20,969 nt of DNA, taken from the sequence record DRR723986_1328. The stretch is one strand, 5' to 3'. A program made the translations under genes and the position numbers. Under the pieces are notes generated by a model, which saw only the letters and a program-made list of their open reading frames with translations, was not told where the DNA came from and did no database searches. Positions within the stretch are counted from its first letter, which is position 1, and each line of letters begins with the position of its first letter. This document shows, piece after piece, positions 15,083 through 20,969 of the stretch.

Positions 15083-16406
15083 GCGGCAGCAAGGCCTTCA
15101 TGTCCGGACCGTGATCCATCCCGGTCAGCACCCTGCGCAACGGCATGAACAGGCCACGACCCCTACGGCCGGTTTCAGCCTTCAGAGCAGACGTCCACTC
15201 TCCCCAGGTCTCCAGGGTGATGTCGCCCTCGGGCAGCAAGGCCTTTGCACCTGAAACGAATTCCTGGTCTTCGTCCTCGATACGGCTTTCCACGGGACCC
15301 GTGACGACCTGCCAGTAGGCACGCGCGTCGTCAACTGTTTCGCAGTTGCCACGCACGGTATCCCAAAAATCAGCCCCCCCACTGATGCCCATCGCTGCAA
15401 GACGGCTCTCCACCGCCTCGTAGGGCAGATCATGCACGAGGCGCGCGTTGAGGGACTTCAGCTCTTCCGGATCGAACTTTGCGGAGGACCGCGAAACACT
15501 GGTCAGGTCGAATTTCTCGATCAGGGCATCCATGGACGCAACCGGCTCGACCGCCTGACTGGTCCCGGTCAAAACGGCCAGGGAAGCGACCGCCATTGGC
15601 TCAAGCCCGGCCTCGCGCAGAGAACCTATGGACAATGCCCCCTTGCGCTTCGAAAGGCCTTCGCCATCGATCGTCGTCAGGAGGTTGTGATGACCGAATA
15701 CCGGTGGCTTTGCCCCCATCGCCTCGAAGATGGCAATCTGGACGCCTGTGTTGGAGACGTGATCTTCGCCGCGGATGATGTGGGTCACGTCCATGTCGAT
15801 GTCATCGACAATTGAGGTGAAGGTGTAGAGATACGAACCGTCCGCACGGATCAGAACCGGATCGGACATGGAGGCCAGATCGATCGTCTGGTCGCCGCGG
15901 CACAGATCCGACCAGGCGACATCCGTACGTCTGGTTTCAAACGGGTTGCCGTCGTGGTTCGGCAGGACAAAGCGCCAATGCGGCTTGCGGCCTTCGGCTT
16001 CGAAAGCCGCCCGCTCTTCTGCGGTCTGCTTCAGGCCTGCACGGTCGTAGACCGGAGGTCTGCCGAGCGCTCGCTGGCGCGACCGGCGGCGTTCCAGTTC
16101 ATCCGGCGTTTCGTAACACGGGTAAAGAAGGCCCGCATCTTTCAGCTTCTGCGCCGCTGCATCGTAGTTGGCGATCCGGTCCGACTGCCGCTCCTTCAGG
16201 TCCGGTTCGATCCCGAGCCAGTGAAGGTCGGTCTCGATGGAATCGGCATATTCCTGCTTCGAGCGGACGAGGTCCGTGTCATCGAAACGCAGGATGAACC
16301 TGCCGCCCATCTTCTTGGCAAAAAGCCAGTTGTAGAGCGCAGGACGGATGTTGCCGATGTGGATGTGGCCGGTCGGCGACGGCGCGAAGCGAACAGTGAC
16401 GGTCAT
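15045..16406 (-). CDS. gltX: Glutamate--tRNA ligase
   Basis: [41 protein letters not shown] and LFMPLR..LTG..HGP. Confidence 0.96.
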   Translation of the reverse strand: MTVTVRFAPSPTGHIHIGNIRPALYNWLFAKKMGGRFILRFDDTDLVRSKQEYADSIETDLHWLGIEPDLKERQSDRIANYDAAAQKLKDAGLLYPCYETPDELERRRSRQRALGRPPVYDRAGLKQTAEERAAFEAEGRKPHWRFVLPNHDGNPFETRRTDVAWSDLCRGDQTIDLASMSDPVLIRADGSYLYTFTSIVDDIDMDVTHIIRGEDHVSNTGVQIAIFEAMGAKPPVFGHHNLLTTIDGEGLSKRKGALSIGSLREAGLEPMAVASLAVLTGTSQAVEPVASMDALIEKFDLTSVSRSSAKFDPEELKSLNARLVHDLPYEAVESRLAAMGISGGADFWDTVRGNCETVDDARAYWQVVTGPVESRIEDEDQEFVSGAKALLPEGDITLETWGEWTSALKAETGRRGRGLFMPLRRVLTGMDHGPDMKALLPLIGRQNILDRLP

Positions 16407-16458
16407 GGCGATGAGTTAGCCGGGGTTGAACCGGACGGCAACCCCAAACTACCGGACC

Positions 16459-17676
16459 TTACGAAGAATGTTCGGAAGACCGGTAGGTGCGCGACACGAA
16501 CCCGAGCACACCGCAGAAAACGAGGCAGTAGCCCCCCATTGCCATGACCTGCAGGTCGAACGAGACGCCTTTGTCGATCAGCCAGCCGACGAGACCCGGA
16601 CCTGCCGCGGAAGCAAACACCATCACCGAAAACGCGACAGACCGAATGGCCCCCATGTGCCGCGTGCCGTAAACCTCCGGCCAAAGCGCGCCCACCAGCG
16701 TGCTGTTGAAACCGTTCGAGATGCCGACAAGCAGCATGAAAACGAAAGCAGCTGCTGGCGCGTGGAAATTGGCGAGCACGAAACAGGCCAGTGTCAGGGG
16801 AACAAGGGTGAAAGGCAGCAACTGACGCGCGGAAAACCGGTCAATCAACGGACCTATCACCAGGGAAGCACAGACCACGCCGGATGCCATCAGCAGAAAG
16901 GCGCTTGCAAACAATTCCAGCGTCCACCCTCTCAGTTCCACCAGATAGACCTGGTGGAAGAAGATTGCCGTTCCGATAAAGGCCGGCGCGTTGACACCGC
17001 AGTTGACCAGCCAGAAGCGGACATCGCGCAGCGCTTCGCCCCGTGTCCACTGGCGGCCTTCCGGTTTGGCCGAGGCCGTTTCGAGCGCGGAAGGGATGCG
17101 GTCCTTTGCCAGGAGCGTCAACAAAACCGGCAGGGCAACAACAGCCAGCACGATGGCCGATACCGTCCAGGCACCGCGCCACCCGAAGGCATTGGCGAGG
17201 ACGACGAAGCACAGCGGAAACAACGCTTCAGCCGTCGGAAAACCGAGAACGGCGATCGACACCGCCCGGCCCCGCTGTGCGGTGAACCATCGTCCGGCAG
17301 CGGTCACCGACGTGTGGGTCATCATGCCCTGCCCGCACAACCGGAGACCATAAAAGGCAAGTCCGACCATCCATACGGAAAACGTGTTGGCCATCGCCAG
17401 GCAGAACAGGGCGAGACCTGTCATCACCACCGCTGCGATCTTCTGTACCGGGAAGTGATCCAGGCTGCGACCGACATAAGGCAGGGTCAGTGCACTGCCG
17501 AGGGTCGCCACCATGTAAAGCAGGCCAATGTCACCGTGACTGAGACCGAACTCCGCCCTGAGGTCCCCCGCCGAGAGCGAGATGAAAAACGTCTGCCCGA
17601 AGCCGGAAAAGACCGCGAGCAGGTAACTGGCGGCAAGCCAGCGGGCATTTTCACGCAGGAAGGAGAAATAGGTCAT
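16459..17676 (-). CDS. MFS transporter
   Basis: About 12 hydrophobic segments; SGFGQTFFIS, motif-A-like GRSLDHF and GPLIDRFSAR, RWF...RGRA and WPEVYGTRHMGAIRS. Confidence 0.92.
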   Translation of the reverse strand: MTYFSFLRENARWLAASYLLAVFSGFGQTFFISLSAGDLRAEFGLSHGDIGLLYMVATLGSALTLPYVGRSLDHFPVQKIAAVVMTGLALFCLAMANTFSVWMVGLAFYGLRLCGQGMMTHTSVTAAGRWFTAQRGRAVSIAVLGFPTAEALFPLCFVVLANAFGWRGAWTVSAIVLAVVALPVLLTLLAKDRIPSALETASAKPEGRQWTRGEALRDVRFWLVNCGVNAPAFIGTAIFFHQVYLVELRGWTLELFASAFLLMASGVVCASLVIGPLIDRFSARQLLPFTLVPLTLACFVLANFHAPAAAFVFMLLVGISNGFNSTLVGALWPEVYGTRHMGAIRSVAFSVMVFASAAGPGLVGWLIDKGVSFDLQVMAMGGYCLVFCGVLGFVSRTYRSSEHSS

Positions 17677-17724
17677 CGAGGCAAAAGCCCACTTTCAACA
17701 AACAACTGACGATCCACAAAACAA

Positions 17725-17766
17725 CCCACCCCGCGGAAGCTCGAAGCGCTGTCTCGAAGGATGAGG
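17725..17766. repeat. Degenerate palindromic intergenic repeat (CTCATCCTGAGGAGG...GTCTCGAAGGATGAGG-type)
   Basis: CCCACCCCGCGGAAGCTCGAAGCGCTGTCTCGAAGGATGAGG. The right arm is intact and the left arm decayed relative to a REP-like family I recognise from Hyphomicrobiales. Only one copy is in this window. Confidence 0.55.
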
Positions 17767-17854
17767 CGGTAGCTTTCTGCCACGCCCGTTCAAATTCAAA
17801 CGACCAGGTTCTGCGAAACATCCGCCAGGCAGGCGCCTTTCAAGGCCCTGCCCC

Positions 17855-19546
17855 TCAAGAGCGATCGCGGAACCTGTTGGTGATGGGATATCGCCGGTCC
17901 TTGCCGAAATTGCGCTCGGTGATCTTCACCCCCGGAGGCGCCTGCCGGCGTTTGTATTCGGCAATATAAAGAAGATGTTCGATCCGGTGGATCAGTGCCC
18001 GGTCGTGACCGCGTTTTTCAATGTCGCCCACCGACATCTCGTCTTCCACCAGACATTCCAGGATGTCGTCGAGAACATCGTAAGGCGGCAGGGAATCCTG
18101 GTCTGTCTGGTTTTCACGCAGTTCGGCAGTCGGCACCTTGGTGATGATATTGGACGGAATAACCTCTCCACCCGGACCAAGCAGGCCTTCCGGCAGGTTG
18201 GCATTGCGCCATGCGGCCAAGTGATAGACCTGCGTCTTGTAGAGATCCTTGATCGGATTGTAGCCACCGTTCATGTCGCCATAAAGCGTGGCGTAGCCGA
18301 CCGACATTTCCGACTTGTTGCCGGTGGTCATGACCATGCGCCCGAACTTGTTGGAAACTGCCATCAGGATGACACCACGCGCACGCGATTGAAGGTTTTC
18401 TTCGGTCGTGTCTTCGTTCGTGCCGGCAAACAGATCGCTCAGCGCCGACCTGAAGCCTTCGACCGGTTCGGAAATCGGCACAGTGTCATAGCGGATACCC
18501 AGCGCGTTGGCGCAGGCTGCCGCATCGGTGATGCTTTCTTCCGAGGTATAGCGATAGGGCAACATGATCGCATGGACCTTGTCGGCGCCGAGCGCATCTA
18601 CCGCCATTGCCGCACAAATGGCCGAGTCGATACCACCGGAAAGGCCCAGTACGACTCCCGGAAAGCCATTCTTGGTGACGTAGTCTCCAAGGCCCATGAC
18701 GCAGGCCCGCCAATTCGCCTCATCGAGTTCCGGAAGCCTTGCAAAAGTGCCGTTCTCGCAAACCCAGGTCTCACCCTCGCGCTTCCAGTCACTGATACCA
18801 AGAGCAGCTTCAAACTGGAGCATCTGGAATGCGAGCGAGCGATCGGCATGAAGCGCGAAAGATCCGCCATCGAAAACAAGCTCGTCCTGCCCGCCAAGCT
18901 GGTTGCAGTAAATCAGCGGCAATCCGGTCTGGACCACACGCGAAACAACCACCTGCAGACGGTGCTCCGCCCGGTGTTCCCAGTAGGGAGAGCCATTGGG
19001 AACCAGCAGCAGCTCCGCGCCGGTTTCCTCCAGACACTCGCAAACCTCGTCGTTCCAGATATCCTCGCAGATCGGCAAGCCGATGCGCACACCGCGGAAG
19101 TCGACAGGTCCGGGCAAGGGGCCTGCAGCAAAAACCCGCTTCTCGTCAAAAACGCTATAGTTGGGCAGGTCGTACTTGTAGCGAACGGCCTTGATCTCAC
19201 CCTGGTCCAGCAGCAGGGCGGCGTTATAGACTTTGCCTTCCTCGCTACGCCAGGGAGACCCCAGCACGATGCCCGGACCGCCATCTGCGGTTTCACCGGC
19301 AAGGGTTTCGGCCGCTTCCATGCAGCGCCTGACGAAAGCCGGTTTCAGAACAAGGTCTTCCGGCAAATACCCGGCGAGCATCAGTTCGGAGGTCAAGACA
19401 AGGTCGGCCCCTTGAGAGGCGGCTTCCTGACGGGCCTTGCGAACGAGCTCTGCATTGCCGGCCACATCGCCAACAGTCGGGTTTAGCTGCGCGACAGCCA
19501 GTCTGAAACGGTCTGAAATCATCGGAAAATTACCAGGAAGTGACAT
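17855..19546 (-). CDS. nadE: Glutamine-dependent NAD+ synthetase (nitrilase + synthetase domains)
   Basis: AQLNPTVGD; nitrilase triad E (SELM), K (KYDLPNY) and C (ICEDIW); GGQDELVFDG, LSGGIDS, ENLQSR.RG, TGNKSE..VGYATLYGD and EYKRRQ. Confidence 0.96.
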   Translation of the reverse strand: MSLPGNFPMISDRFRLAVAQLNPTVGDVAGNAELVRKARQEAASQGADLVLTSELMLAGYLPEDLVLKPAFVRRCMEAAETLAGETADGGPGIVLGSPWRSEEGKVYNAALLLDQGEIKAVRYKYDLPNYSVFDEKRVFAAGPLPGPVDFRGVRIGLPICEDIWNDEVCECLEETGAELLLVPNGSPYWEHRAEHRLQVVVSRVVQTGLPLIYCNQLGGQDELVFDGGSFALHADRSLAFQMLQFEAALGISDWKREGETWVCENGTFARLPELDEANWRACVMGLGDYVTKNGFPGVVLGLSGGIDSAICAAMAVDALGADKVHAIMLPYRYTSEESITDAAACANALGIRYDTVPISEPVEGFRSALSDLFAGTNEDTTEENLQSRARGVILMAVSNKFGRMVMTTGNKSEMSVGYATLYGDMNGGYNPIKDLYKTQVYHLAAWRNANLPEGLLGPGGEVIPSNIITKVPTAELRENQTDQDSLPPYDVLDDILECLVEDEMSVGDIEKRGHDRALIHRIEHLLYIAEYKRRQAPPGVKITERNFGKDRRYPITNRFRDRS

Positions 19547-19666
19547 TGCTTTCTGGTGTAGCCGCTAGATCGGCGAACGTCCAATCTGAATTTGCATACG
19601 TCCAGAAGTAGATTTGCCGGCACCTGTCAACAGCCCGGTCGTGATGGACCATGCCTGACGGCATCG

Positions 19667-20200
19667 TCAGAGCAAGGCGAGCCCGGCTTGATCGGCTGAA
19701 GTTTCCGATGCTGCCGTGGACGAGATGTCCGTGACATTCAGTTTGCGCAGCGGCTGCTGATGCCCGGGGCCGAGAAGACCTTTCGAGCGCCCATGCATCT
19801 CCTGCCGTTCAAGGATTTCCCCGATGTGACGATATAAGATGGCAGGAGCGATCGGTTTGGCGACGAACCCGTGAATACCAATCTCTATGCCTTCCAGGAT
19901 TGTCGCGCGCTTGGCATGGGCAGTCACGATCAGAACCGGCGTGGTGCTGATCACAAGGTCCCTGTCGGCACGAAGGATGCGAAGAAACTCATTGCCGCCA
20001 AAGGGGCTCATCACCCAGTCGCAAAGCACAATGTCCGGCTTGCGGTCGACGACCATTTCCAGGGCTTCCGCACCATCGCTGGCTTCATAGGCCGAACGGA
20101 TGCCGAAGCCCGCCAGCACGGAGCGGAGGATCGAGCGCATATGGGGATTGTCTTCCGCAATCAGGCAGGAAACCTTCGTCAGATCCCACTTATCGCGCAC
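19667..20200 (-). CDS. Single-domain response regulator (REC with C-terminal tail)
   Basis: LIAEDN, DIVLCDWVM (phospho-Asp), IVTAH and FVAKP. GTG start with a GGGGAG SD. Confidence 0.9.
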   Translation of the reverse strand: MRDKWDLTKVSCLIAEDNPHMRSILRSVLAGFGIRSAYEASDGAEALEMVVDRKPDIVLCDWVMSPFGGNEFLRILRADRDLVISTTPVLIVTAHAKRATILEGIEIGIHGFVAKPIAPAILYRHIGEILERQEMHGRSKGLLGPGHQQPLRKLNVTDISSTAASETSADQAGLALL

Positions 20201-20255
20201 AACTCAAACTCCCCACTACACCCGTTTCCCTAAAAAGAAGCTATGCGCGTCGAGC

Positions 20256-20271
20256 GTTAAGCGAGGCTTAC
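20256..20271 (-). promoter_or_regulatory. Putative CtrA binding site upstream of the response regulator
   Basis: Minus strand GTAA-GCCTCGC-TTAAC, an 8/9 match to TTAA-N7-TTAAC. Confidence 0.55.
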
Positions 20272-20300
20272 CTCAGGGCACGTTCATCCGGAAAAATCCG

Positions 20301-20335
20301 AAAAAAACGCAAAAGGGCGGCAAATGCCGCCCTTT
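20301..20335 (-). terminator. Intrinsic terminator of the DAHP synthase gene
   Basis: Minus strand AAAGGGCGGC-ATTT-GCCGCCCTTT followed by TGCGTTTTTTT. Confidence 0.85.
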
Positions 20336-20365
20336 CAGATAACGTTACGGAAGAGGCAATCCTCT

Positions 20366-20969
20366 TTATGCGCTTGCCGCAAGCGGCTCGACCTGCCGGC
20401 CGTCGCGTTCCTTCTTCAGGTTTTCCGCAATCAGGAATGCAAGTTCCAACGCCTGATCCGCATTGAGGCGCGGGTCGCAATGGGTGTGGTACCGGTCGCC
20501 GAGCTGGTCCTCGGTCAGGGCGCGTGCCCCACCCGTGCACTCGGTCACATTCCGACCGGTCATTTCGATGTGAACACCACCGGCATGCGTGCCTTCCGCA
20601 CGATGAACCGCAAAGAAGGCTTCCACTTCCTTCAGGATCCGGTCGAACGGACGGGTCTTGTAACCGCCAGCGGAAATGGTGTTGCCATGCATCGGATCGC
20701 AGGACCAGACAACCGTCTTGCCTTCCCGCTCGACAGCGCGAACGAGCTGCGGCAGGTGGTCGAACACCTTGTCGGCGCCGAAGCGGGCGATCAGCGTCAA
20801 GCGGCCCGGTTCGTTTTCCGGGTTCAGGATGTCGATCAGCTCCAGCAGGCCATCCGGTGACATGGACGGGCCACACTTGAGGCCGATCGGGTTCTTGATA
20901 CCGCGGAAGAATTCCACATGGGCATGGTCCGGCTGACGCGTCCGGTCGCCGATCCAGATCATGTGGCCG
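20366..20969 (-). CDS. Class II 3-deoxy-D-arabino-heptulosonate 7-phosphate synthase (3' part; 5' end outside the window)
   Basis: [51 protein letters not shown] and [10 protein letters not shown]. Confidence 0.95.
   Translation of the reverse strand, partial: GHMIWIGDRTRQPDHAHVEFFRGIKNPIGLKCGPSMSPDGLLELIDILNPENEPGRLTLIARFGADKVFDHLPQLVRAVEREGKTVVWSCDPMHGNTISAGGYKTRPFDRILKEVEAFFAVHRAEGTHAGGVHIEMTGRNVTECTGGARALTEDQLGDRYHTHCDPRLNADQALELAFLIAENLKKERDGRQVEPLAASA

Noticed and set aside
16426-17709. 427-aa plus-strand ORF
   Set aside because: Antisense shadow of the MFS gene, with Arg/His/Gln-rich composition that is not protein-like.
17975-19486. 503-aa plus-strand ORF
   Set aside because: Antisense shadow of nadE.
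19637-19664. Small hairpins GGTC-N6-GACC and ATGCC-TGAC-GGCAT after the response regulator
   Set aside because: Stems of 4-5 bp without a U-tract; too weak to call a terminator or repeat.

Overview
High-GC alphaproteobacterial chromosome segment. A Hyphomicrobiales genome, possibly Roseibium/Labrenzia-like, is inferred from gene content and repeats. Most genes are housekeeping or regulatory: LOG-family nucleotidase, REC-REC-GGDEF diguanylate cyclase, a minus-strand run cysS - DUF559 endonuclease - GFA - GFA - cimA - rarD, an L,D-transpeptidase, a 62-aa secreted or membrane peptide, a SqrR/BigR-like ArsR regulator, creA, an MBL-fold protein with divergent MarR, a DUF2865 protein, gltX, an MFS transporter, nadE, a single-domain response regulator and a partial class II DAHP synthase. 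Two signals stand out. (1) An unannotated, apparently leaderless 16-codon Ile/Thr/Cys-rich leader ORF (MMTATRNIISITIICS, 8004-8054, minus) lies upstream of cysS. Three mutually exclusive RNA helices follow it, one of which hides the cysS Shine-Dalgarno (SD). This suggests a terminator-less translational attenuator coupling Ile and Cys sensing to a cysS...cimA operon. (2) The DUF559 endonuclease gene inside that operon is preceded by an inverted doublet of ~50-nt double-hairpin palindromic repeats. This region stays in frame from the cysS stop codon to the nuclease, resembling a nuclease-plus-REP mobile unit.
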